A stretch of DNA of 12,322 nucleotides from Sulfurimonadaceae bacterium. GTDB lineage: Bacteria; Campylobacterota; Campylobacteria; Campylobacterales; Sulfurimonadaceae. The notes under the pieces are model-generated. The model was not told where the DNA came from and did no database searches. It was given only the letters and a program-made list of their open reading frames with translations. Every line of letters starts with the position of its first letter. Within the stretch, counting starts at the first letter, position 1. Position numbers and translations under genes: made by a program. Positions 1-7,798 of this stretch are shown here, in pieces. The stretch is from NCBI GenBank assembly GCA_041548245.1, contig JBFESZ010000062.1:1-12322 (forward strand), in the 5' to 3' direction.

Positions 1-2
1 GA

Positions 3-1199
3 AATGAGTTGAATTCAATAGGAAGTGCCGAAGAACAGCAAGAGGCTTCTTCTATCTTACAACTGATCGACGTCGTACTTAAAACAACTATCAATTCCCG
101 TGCGAGTGATATACATATTGAACCGACAGAAAAAAACTGTGTAGTACGTGGACGTATTGATGGTTCTTTAACAGAAATCTTTATTTTTGACAAAGATATC
201 TACCCTCCTTTCGCGTCACGCCTTAAACTGCTCGCAAATCTTGATATTGCTGAAAAAAGAAAACCCCAGGATGGACGTTTCTCGGCCAATGTCGGTACAC
301 GTGAATATGACTTCCGTATCTCGACCTTGCCTATCTTGTATGGTGAATCCATTGTAATGCGTGTTCTTGATAAAGAAAAAGCATTAGTAAAACTTGAAGA
401 CGCTGGTATGGACCCTGTCAGCTATAAAAAACTTCATGAAGCGCTTAAATCACCTTACGGCGTTATCTTAGTCACTGGACCTACAGGTTCGGGTAAGACG
501 ACAACTCTCTATGGTGCACTTAATGAACTAAGAAGTGTTACTGAAAAGGTTATTACTGTAGAAGATCCTGTCGAATACAGGATGAATCTTATTCAACAGG
601 TACAGGTCAATGCAAAAGTCGGACTCTCTTTCGCCGATGCTTTACGTTCAATCCTCCGTCAAGATCCGGACAAGATTATGATCGGTGAGATTCGGGACCA
701 TGAAACCTTAGAGATTGCTATTAAGGCTGCATTGACCGGTCACCTGGTCATCTCAACACTGCATACCAATGATGCAATCAGTGCAATACCGCGTATGGCA
801 GATATGGGAATCGAATCTTATCTGATCAGTGGTGCTGTTGTCGCTGTTCAAGCACAGCGTCTTGTTCGAAAGATATGCCCACACTGTAAAGGTGATGCTG
901 AACTTCCGGCAAATCTTCTTGAACAATACAAACAATACATACCGCCACATACTATTTTTAAAGAAGGCAAAGGATGTAGAGAGTGTTCTGGGACGGGATA
1001 TGCCGGTCGTGAGATGATTTGTGAGGTTTTACCGATCTCAGAAGAGCTCTCCAGTATGATTGCAAAGGAAGCGTCAAAGGCCGATATGTTGGCTCAAGCG
1101 GAAAAAGAGGGCTTTCAAAATATGTTCGCGAACGGTATGATGAAAGCGGTCGATGGTGTAACGACATTCGATGAAATTTTAAGGGTGGCAAAATCATGA
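3..1199 (+). CDS. gspE: GspE/PulE/PilB-family secretion/pilus assembly ATPase (CtsE/MshE-like); 5'-partial, begins upstream of the window
   Basis: Walker A GPTGSGKT, Asp box TVEDPVE, Walker B region LRQDPDKIMIGEIRD, His box TGHLVISTLHTN, and tetracysteine Zn motif CPHC...CREC typical of extension ATPases. Also ASDIHIEP and PQDGRF. The frame is open to the window edge (AAT GAG TTG), so the TTG at 9 is probably not the true start. Confidence 0.93.
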   Translation, partial: NELNSIGSAEEQQEASSILQLIDVVLKTTINSRASDIHIEPTEKNCVVRGRIDGSLTEIFIFDKDIYPPFASRLKLLANLDIAEKRKPQDGRFSANVGTREYDFRISTLPILYGESIVMRVLDKEKALVKLEDAGMDPVSYKKLHEALKSPYGVILVTGPTGSGKTTTLYGALNELRSVTEKVITVEDPVEYRMNLIQQVQVNAKVGLSFADALRSILRQDPDKIMIGEIRDHETLEIAIKAALTGHLVISTLHTNDAISAIPRMADMGIESYLISGAVVAVQAQRLVRKICPHCKGDAELPANLLEQYKQYIPPHTIFKEGKGCRECSGTGYAGREMICEVLPISEELSSMIAKEASKADMLAQAEKEGFQNMFANGMMKAVDGVTTFDEILRVAKS

Positions 1200-2437
1200 A
1201 ATACTTTTCAGTTACAGTTATTAACAAGGGAAAACGTGAGACGATGGGTTTACATGCTGTAGACAAAAAAGAGGCCCATATGCTTGCTAAAGTCAAGTTT
1301 AGCGGTATCGTTTTAAAAGTTGTTGAGAGTTCTCCCCCTTTAGATGAACAGCTCAAAGCATTTAAACAAAGCATTACAAAAAACTTTAAAAAGAAAAAGA
1401 TCAAACAGGACAGTCTTATTGCCGCTATTCGTCAAATGGCTGTTATGACAAATGCCGGTATTTCCATTCACGACACACTACATGAAATCGCCAATTCAAC
1501 CGATGACACACGTTTAGAGGAAATACTTTCTAAAGTTGCCGAGGATATCAACTCCGGACTCAGTATGTCACAGTCTGTAGGAAACTTCAGGTTTGAATTG
1601 GGTAACTTAACCCTTGCCATGATTCAACTTGGAGAAAAAACAGGTAATATGGCTGAAGCTCTTTATAATCTCGCGGATATGCTTGAAGAGATAAGAAGAA
1701 ACTTCTTGAAATTCAAAAAAGCGATGGCTTATCCACGTAATGTTATGATCGCCATGGCTATCGCATTTACTATTTTGATCTCCTACGTCGTACCTGAGTT
1801 TAAAGCCATTTTTGAGCAGTTAAATGCACAACTCCCTTTACCAACACAAATTTTGCTGATGCTTGAAAGTGCCATTAACAATTATGGTTTATATGTGCTA
1901 GGAACAATTGTTACTATTTTCCTTACTGCGCGTTTTGCTATCAACCACTACTACCATGTACGATTCCGGTTTCATGAGATGTTACTCAAACTCTATTTGA
2001 TTAAAACACTTATCATGTATGCCACCTTGAACCGTTTTATGTTAGTCTTCTCCGCTTTGGTCCATGCCGGAATTCCCATCGCTGATTCACTTGAAGCGGC
2101 AATAGATATGATTGACACCCTTCCCTTAAAAGAGAAACTGCAAACGGTTAGATCAGCTGTTGAAAAAGGTCAGAGTCTAAACCAGGGGCTAAAAGACACC
2201 GGTCTGTTTGAAAACATGATCATTCAAATGATTGGAGCCGGTGAGTCAAGTGGTCAACTGGATTCTATGATGGAAAAAGTAACTGAGTACTATAAGATGA
2301 AGTTTGATGCTATTATTGATGGTCTTTCTGAAGCTATTGAACCTGTTATCCTTGCCATTATCGCAGCAATGGTATTACTTATGGCACTTGGTATTTTCTT
2401 GCCTATGTGGGATATGGGTAAAGCCGCTAAAGGCTAA
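1196..2437 (+). CDS. gspF: Type II secretion system F / PilC-family inner-membrane platform protein (CtsF/MshG-like)
   Basis: Two T2SSF repeats (RQMAVMTNAGISI...MIQLGEKTGNM and ALVHAGIPI...MIGAGESSGQL), three hydrophobic segments, and C-terminal EP...GIFLPMW. ATGA start/stop overlap with the ATPase at 1196-1199 suggests translational coupling. Confidence 0.93.
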   Translation: MKYFSVTVINKGKRETMGLHAVDKKEAHMLAKVKFSGIVLKVVESSPPLDEQLKAFKQSITKNFKKKKIKQDSLIAAIRQMAVMTNAGISIHDTLHEIANSTDDTRLEEILSKVAEDINSGLSMSQSVGNFRFELGNLTLAMIQLGEKTGNMAEALYNLADMLEEIRRNFLKFKKAMAYPRNVMIAMAIAFTILISYVVPEFKAIFEQLNAQLPLPTQILLMLESAINNYGLYVLGTIVTIFLTARFAINHYYHVRFRFHEMLLKLYLIKTLIMYATLNRFMLVFSALVHAGIPIADSLEAAIDMIDTLPLKEKLQTVRSAVEKGQSLNQGLKDTGLFENMIIQMIGAGESSGQLDSMMEKVTEYYKMKFDAIIDGLSEAIEPVILAIIAAMVLLMALGIFLPMWDMGKAAKG

Positions 2438-2438
2438 C

Positions 2439-2463
2439 AAGAAAAAGCATTATGCTTTCTCTT
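2439..2463. terminator. Candidate bidirectional terminator hairpin between convergent gspF and helicase genes
   Basis: Inverted repeat AAGAAAAAGCA-TTA-TGCTTTCTCTT centred on the helicase stop codon. On the minus-strand RNA it forms 11 bp with one G-U pair. The stem is AU-rich and therefore weak. Confidence 0.4.
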
Positions 2464-4528
2464 CACCTTTCTCTACCATCCTGGTATAGTTTTCATCTTT
2501 CTTAAGCAGTCCCGCTTCATAAAGAAACTGTGAAGGCATAAAGTCTATCTTCTTGATCTTGTCATTCTTAGCATAACTTAAATACAGAATATCTTTTGCA
2601 CGTGTGACAGCAACATAAAAAAGACGTCTCTCTTCATCAATGCCTCCGCCACCTTTGTTCATCAGTTTTCTATTTGGAAATCTTCCATCCATAAGGTCAA
2701 CGACATAAACCTCTTTATACTCCAACCCTTTGCTTGCATGTACACTTAAAAGGTTAACCCCCTCTCCTTGTGTCAGATCCTGGGAACCAAGAACCATAGC
2801 ATTAATATAGCGTTCATGTGACTGATATGGTTTAGCCAGATCAAAAAGCAAAGCGCCTTTCCGTCTTATTCGCTCTAATGATTCGGCTTTTAACTTCTCA
2901 TCGATTGAACCATCTTTGAGCTGTGCACGTTTGTGTGCCAGTTGGTTGATGATCGTATTATAAAAACGTGAAGCACGTATCTTCTCAATCATCAAGGAAG
3001 GTTGCGTAATACGTTTCAGTTCCTTGCTGAGTGTATAAAAATCATATAGATATTGAGCACTCTCTTTGCTAAACTTTGGATGTTTAAGTACCGGGTTGTT
3101 CAGAAACTCATCTTCAAAGCCGAGTGACATAAACTTAGCTAGGCTGCCTAATTCAATAAAATCATCAAAAAGCCCTAACTGATGATTCTGTTTTCGCTGC
3201 TCAAAAGGATTGATAATACTCTGATCAGGAGTAAAGAGTCCATCAAACAGAGAGCCCCTTCCTACCTTTTTTAGAGCAATAAACAACTCTTTAGCAATCG
3301 CACTTCCTATACCTTTGGCATATTCAAACAGGTGAATAAAAGCCATCATATCACTACTATTGACAAACAAAACGTAAATATCCAGAATCGCTTTGACCTC
3401 TTTTGCATCAAAGAAACTTTTTCCACCCTTACGCTTACATGGCAGACCAATTTCACGCAATGTCGCCTCAATCCCATCGGCAGAGGCATTATTTCTAAAT
3501 ACGACGGCAATCTCATCCGTTGGTGTATATGATTTTCGGATCATTCTTGCAATGGCAGAATATTGATCAAACAATTCATCATAGACAAGGAGTTTTGGTG
3601 CACTAGCCTTTGCTTCGCGCGTAAACTCCAACCTTTTTGGATAAATACGTTCATTGTATTCAATGACCTTGTTTGCCAAAGAAAGAATGGGAACGGTTGA
3701 GCGGTAGTTCTTACTTAATGTATATACCCTTGCATCAGGAAACTTTTGACTGAATGAACCGATAATCGTAATATCTGCCCCGTTGAAAGCATAAATACTT
3801 TGGTCATAATCGCCTACACAAAATAACGAAGGTGGGTTCATCGCATCAACGACAGCACCCTGTAAAGCATTCGTATCTTGGTATTCATCAACCAATACCT
3901 CTTTATAAGGCATCTTATATGTCTTGACTTTTTCCTGCATCAGAAGTAAAAGATCATTAAAGTTTACAAAACCATACTCTTTTTTCAACTCCTCAAACTC
4001 TCTGCAGATATCCATATAGATATCAACATATTGGCTATGATCCTCATTTCTTTCGTTCATCCATACATCAAAACCACGTTCAACCTCTGTGTTCTGATAT
4101 AACGAGTAGACGTCGTAGAGATAGTTTGCCCCATAAGGTGCTGTCTCTTGATCAAAAAGATGGAAAGAGCGTTTGTCATAGACACTGCGAAAAAGTGTCT
4201 TAAGTTCAGCAGGTTGCTTTAATACGATTTTACGATCAAACTTTTTTAACCAACGATAACTCACCGCATGAAAGGTTCCCGCTTCTATCTTGTGGGCAAT
4301 CTCTTTGGAAAAATAACCGGCAAGTCGTTCAACCATCTCAGCCGCGGCTTTGTTTGTAAAGGTCAAAAGCAATATCTCTTCAGGTTTAGTCCCATTTTGA
4401 AGCAGGTAACCAATTCGACCAACAATAGTAGATGTTTTACCGGTTCCTGCAGAGGCGATAATAAGATTTTGACCGCTTGGTGCAGTTGCGGCATCAAGTT
4501 GTTCTTGGTTTAAACGCGAAAGGGGCAT
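2450..4528 (-). CDS. ATP-dependent SF1A DNA helicase, UvrD/Rep/PcrA family
   Basis: Q motif LNQEQ, motif I ASAGTGKT, Ia LLTFTNKAAAEM, Ib GTFH, II DEYQD, III VGDYDQSIYAFNGA, IV NYRS, V SVHASKGLEY, VI EERRLFYVAVTRAK. Confidence 0.95.
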   Translation of the reverse strand: MPLSRLNQEQLDAATAPSGQNLIIASAGTGKTSTIVGRIGYLLQNGTKPEEILLLTFTNKAAAEMVERLAGYFSKEIAHKIEAGTFHAVSYRWLKKFDRKIVLKQPAELKTLFRSVYDKRSFHLFDQETAPYGANYLYDVYSLYQNTEVERGFDVWMNERNEDHSQYVDIYMDICREFEELKKEYGFVNFNDLLLLMQEKVKTYKMPYKEVLVDEYQDTNALQGAVVDAMNPPSLFCVGDYDQSIYAFNGADITIIGSFSQKFPDARVYTLSKNYRSTVPILSLANKVIEYNERIYPKRLEFTREAKASAPKLLVYDELFDQYSAIARMIRKSYTPTDEIAVVFRNNASADGIEATLREIGLPCKRKGGKSFFDAKEVKAILDIYVLFVNSSDMMAFIHLFEYAKGIGSAIAKELFIALKKVGRGSLFDGLFTPDQSIINPFEQRKQNHQLGLFDDFIELGSLAKFMSLGFEDEFLNNPVLKHPKFSKESAQYLYDFYTLSKELKRITQPSLMIEKIRASRFYNTIINQLAHKRAQLKDGSIDEKLKAESLERIRRKGALLFDLAKPYQSHERYINAMVLGSQDLTQGEGVNLLSVHASKGLEYKEVYVVDLMDGRFPNRKLMNKGGGGIDEERRLFYVAVTRAKDILYLSYAKNDKIKKIDFMPSQFLYEAGLLKKDENYTRMVEKGEEKA

Positions 4529-4590
4529 AAGGGCAGCTATCTCTTTTTTATGAAATACTACCCTCTCTTGACTCAGAAGGAGCTAAAATA

Positions 4591-4977
4591 TCATGCAGTT
4601 ATGAATGTTTTTAGGCTTTCATCAAAACCAAAGTTTGGATATTTTTGAACACCCAGTACCTCTTGAGCCACCGTATTGTTGGCCTTGTTAAAGATCAGAG
4701 GTGCTAAAAAATTGATTTTTGACTCATCCAAAGGATTTTGTATCACAACAATGTTATACACCAGAAGGTCTTTTTCATCTTTGATATCCAAAAGTGCTTC
4801 TGTTGCACTAGAGACCTCAAACTCATACTCACGTAAGCGATTAGGGTTTACCAGAGTAAAAGAGATATCATTATTATTGCTTGCACGTAAAGTGGAAAAA
4901 AGCTCATCAACTTCATTTAATTCAACTTCTTTGATATCCTCAAATCCTAAAATCTCTGATTTCACTTCAAACTTCAT
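4591..4977 (-). CDS. fliW: Flagellar assembly factor FliW (flagellin/CsrA partner-switching protein)
   Basis: 128 aa with FliW hallmarks: ILGFE near the N-terminus, FTLVNP, YEFEV, and INFLAPLIFN...AQ.VL. AAGG SD-like sequence 6 nt before the ATG. Confidence 0.92.
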   Translation of the reverse strand: MKFEVKSEILGFEDIKEVELNEVDELFSTLRASNNNDISFTLVNPNRLREYEFEVSSATEALLDIKDEKDLLVYNIVVIQNPLDESKINFLAPLIFNKANNTVAQEVLGVQKYPNFGFDESLKTFITA

Positions 4978-5013
4978 CTTTAACCTTTGCTTTTAATAAT
5001 CTATCTATACTCA

Positions 5014-5030
5014 AAGCAAAATATATTCCA
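5014..5030 (-). promoter_or_regulatory. sigma54 (RpoN) -24/-12 promoter for fliW
   Basis: Minus strand reads TGGAATATATTTTGCTT: GG (5029-5028), exactly 10 nt, then GC (5017-5016). This matches the epsilonproteobacterial GGAA-N6-TTGCTT form. Predicted TSS is about 5004, roughly 27 nt before the fliW ATG. Confidence 0.75.
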
Positions 5031-5061
5031 TAGTGCTATAAGCCACTTTTTACCGCTGTTT

Positions 5062-5070
5062 TGCTAAAAT
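5062..5070 (+). promoter_or_regulatory. Extended -10 housekeeping-sigma promoter for valS
   Basis: TGCTAAAAT (TGn-TAAAAT) 50 nt upstream of the valS ATG, preceded by T-tracts, which is the usual Campylobacterota promoter style without a clear -35. Confidence 0.6.
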
Positions 5071-5084
5071 CGCGAAAATATTAA

Positions 5085-5100
5085 AGGCAAATATTTGCCT
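5085..5100. repeat. Perfect 16-bp palindrome in the valS leader
   Basis: AGGCAAATATTTGCCT is identical to its own reverse complement. Confidence 0.85.
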
Positions 5101-5120
5101 AAAAATTAAAGAGAGTTTAC

Positions 5121-7757
5121 ATGGCTGAGGCGAACAACAGTTACAATCCGAAAGATGTAGAAGGTAACTATTACAAAATTTGGGAAGATCGTGGTTATTT
5201 TGAGACAGACGGGAATGCGTCCATACAAAAAGAAGATAAAAGCTTTTCAATTATGATGCCTCCCCCAAACGTAACAGGCCGATTGCACATCGGTCATGCC
5301 TTAACTTTCACACTTCAAGACATCATTGTCCGTTACAAACGAATGGATGGATACAAGACTCTTTGGCAACCGGGCACCGACCATGCAGGTATTGCTACCC
5401 AAAATGTTGTTGAAAAGCAGCTTTTGGCAGAAGGAACAACCAAAGAAGAGCTAGGGCGCGAAAAGTTTTTAGAACGTGCTTGGGCTTGGAAAGCCGAATC
5501 AGCGGGGATTATGACAGACCAACTTCGTAAAATGGGTGTCTCTCCAGCATGGAAACGTGAACGTTTCACTATGGATGATGGACTACAAAAGTCTGTCAAA
5601 GAGGCATTTGTTCATCTTTACAATGAGGGACTGATCGTCCGTGGCAACTACATGGTCAACTGGTGTACCCATGACGGGGCACTCAGTGACATCGAAGTTG
5701 AACATGAAGATCATGATGGTAAGTTTTATCATATCAAATACCCTTTTGCCGATGGCAGTGGTCATGTCGAAGTCGCAACAACAAGACCTGAAACATATTT
5801 CGGTGATACTGCCGTCATGGTCCATCCAGAAGATGACCGTTACAAAGATCTCATCGGTAAAAAAATCCGCCTTCCACTGCTTGATCGTGAAGTAGCTATT
5901 ATTGCCGATGAGCATGTGGATATGGAGTTTGGAACAGGTGTTGTGAAAGTTACGCCTGCTCATGATCAGAATGACTATGAAGTCGGAAAACGTCATGACC
6001 TTGAATTTATCACTGTCTTTGACGAAAAAGGGATATTAAACGACTATGCCGGTGAGTTCAAAGGCCTTGAGCGTTTGGAAGCGCGTGAGATCATCGTCAA
6101 AAGACTTGATGAGGAAGGCTTTATTGTCAAAATCGAAGAGCATCAACACCAGGTCGGTCACTGCTATCGTTGTAAGAATATCGTTGAACCTTACATCTCA
6201 AAGCAGTGGTTTGTCAGAAGTGAAGTTGCCAAAAGCTCTATTGAAAAGACTAACAATGGAGAAGCCCAGTTCTTCCCATCTCACTGGATCAACTCTTATA
6301 ATGCATGGATGGGTGAACTTAGAGACTGGTGTATCTCCCGTCAACTGTGGTGGGGACATCAGATTCCTGTATTTTACTGTGATGATTGTGATCATGAGTT
6401 TGCAAGCCAGGAAGATAACCCCGGTGAATGTCCAAAATGTGCCTCAAAAAATATCACTCAGGACCCTGATGTTTTAGACACATGGTTCTCTTCAGCACTA
6501 TGGCCTTTTTCGACCTTGGGCTGGGGAAATGGTGACAGCGAAATGGACAAACTCTTCAAATCAGACGATATGAAAGATTTCTATCCCAACTCACTGTTGA
6601 TTACAGGCTTTGATATCCTCTTCTTTTGGGTAGCAAGGATGATGATGATGGGAGAGAGTTTTCAAGGAGAACTACCATTTAAACACATCTATCTCCATGC
6701 TCTTGTCAGAGATGAGCATGGTCAGAAGATGAGTAAGTCCAAAGGGAATGTTATCGATCCGCTTGATATGGTCAACAAATACTCGGCTGACATCTTGCGT
6801 TTTACACTGGCAATCTCTGCGGCTCAGGGACGTGATATCCGTATGAGTCAAGAGAAACTTGAGCTCAACCGTAACTTTACTAACAAGCTGTATAACGCGT
6901 CGAAATACCTTCAAATGAATGTAGACACTTTCCCGGATATGAAAGGCTTTTGTGTCGATACAGAGCTTGGTAAATATATGATGTCGCGTCTAAATGTCGC
7001 TACCAAAGAGGTACGTGAAGCACTGGATGAATACAAGTTCAATGATGCGGCAACCGTGATCTACCGATTTATCTGGAATGAGTTCTGCGACTGGGGAATC
7101 GAACTTAGCAAAGCCGATAAATCATCGATAGTCGAACTTGGAGCTATCTTTAAAGAAGCGATGAAGCTTCTTCACCCGTTTATGCCGTTTGTAACAGAGT
7201 ATCTCCACCATGAGCTCTCAGGAACAACGCTTGAAGAGAGTGAATCGATCATGATCCAAAGCTTTCCATATAAGACCAAAGTCCTTGAAGAAAAAGAGAA
7301 AAAATTCAATATTATCATGGATGCCATTGTCTCTATTCGCCGTGCAAAAGTCCTTGTTGACCTGGCAAACCAAAAAATTGACAAAGCCTTTGTCAAGATT
7401 GACAATATCAGCGAAGAGGAGCAAAGTATGATGTTACCTTTTATCGCAAAACTTGCCAAAGTCAATGATGTTGAGTTCACTACCGTGAAAATAGAAAATG
7501 CTGTTAGTGATATTGCCGATACCTGTGAGACCTTCATTCCGACTGACAGTATTGATTTAACACCAATTATCAATAAACTGAATAAGCAAAACGAGAAGCT
7601 AGAAAAAGAGATAAATAAACTAAGTGGGATGCTTAACAACGAGAAGTTTGTTGCGAATGCACCGGAAGATGTTATTGCTAAAAACCGTGAAGAGCTGGAA
7701 GCGGCAAGAGAGAAAATGGCCAAAGTAAGCGAACAGCTTACTTCATTGAAATCGTAA
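5121..7757 (+). CDS. valS: Valine--tRNA ligase
   Basis: Class I aaRS motifs PPPNVTGRLHIGH and KMSKS; ValRS signatures GTDHAGIATQ, ATTRPET, GTGVVKVTPAHD (editing domain), DWCISRQLWWGH and DVLDTWFSS; C-terminal coiled coil with FVANAP. 878 aa. Confidence 0.99.
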   Translation: MAEANNSYNPKDVEGNYYKIWEDRGYFETDGNASIQKEDKSFSIMMPPPNVTGRLHIGHALTFTLQDIIVRYKRMDGYKTLWQPGTDHAGIATQNVVEKQLLAEGTTKEELGREKFLERAWAWKAESAGIMTDQLRKMGVSPAWKRERFTMDDGLQKSVKEAFVHLYNEGLIVRGNYMVNWCTHDGALSDIEVEHEDHDGKFYHIKYPFADGSGHVEVATTRPETYFGDTAVMVHPEDDRYKDLIGKKIRLPLLDREVAIIADEHVDMEFGTGVVKVTPAHDQNDYEVGKRHDLEFITVFDEKGILNDYAGEFKGLERLEAREIIVKRLDEEGFIVKIEEHQHQVGHCYRCKNIVEPYISKQWFVRSEVAKSSIEKTNNGEAQFFPSHWINSYNAWMGELRDWCISRQLWWGHQIPVFYCDDCDHEFASQEDNPGECPKCASKNITQDPDVLDTWFSSALWPFSTLGWGNGDSEMDKLFKSDDMKDFYPNSLLITGFDILFFWVARMMMMGESFQGELPFKHIYLHALVRDEHGQKMSKSKGNVIDPLDMVNKYSADILRFTLAISAAQGRDIRMSQEKLELNRNFTNKLYNASKYLQMNVDTFPDMKGFCVDTELGKYMMSRLNVATKEVREALDEYKFNDAATVIYRFIWNEFCDWGIELSKADKSSIVELGAIFKEAMKLLHPFMPFVTEYLHHELSGTTLEESESIMIQSFPYKTKVLEEKEKKFNIIMDAIVSIRRAKVLVDLANQKIDKAFVKIDNISEEEQSMMLPFIAKLAKVNDVEFTTVKIENAVSDIADTCETFIPTDSIDLTPIINKLNKQNEKLEKEINKLSGMLNNEKFVANAPEDVIAKNREELEAAREKMAKVSEQLTSLKS

Positions 7758-7763
7758 ATAAAC

Positions 7764-7792
7764 GCTATAATAAAAACTATACTCATCAAGGA
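7764..7792 (+). promoter_or_regulatory. -10 box and RBS for the SulP gene
   Basis: GC-TATAAT with a perfect -10 at 7766-7771, and AAGGA SD at 7788-7792, 6 nt before the TTG start at 7799. Confidence 0.55.
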
Positions 7793-7798
7793 TAAAGA

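Noticed and set aside
5034..5042. Second extended -10 candidate TGCTATAAG
   Set aside because: Lacks the highly conserved final T; TGCTAAAAT at 5062-5070 is the better match.
5071..5120. T-box riboswitch or attenuator upstream of valS
   Set aside because: The leader is only about 44 nt, with no T-box consensus, no terminator U-tract and no Val-rich leader peptide.
5050..5250. 66-aa minus-strand ORF spanning the valS start and leader
   Set aside because: Overlaps valS and its promoter in antisense with no recognisable features; there is no support for a leader peptide.
7172..7789. 205-aa antisense ORF over the valS 3' end
   Set aside because: Ser/Leu/Phe-rich mirror of the Lys/Glu-rich ValRS coiled-coil codons, with no recognisable motif; a typical shadow ORF.
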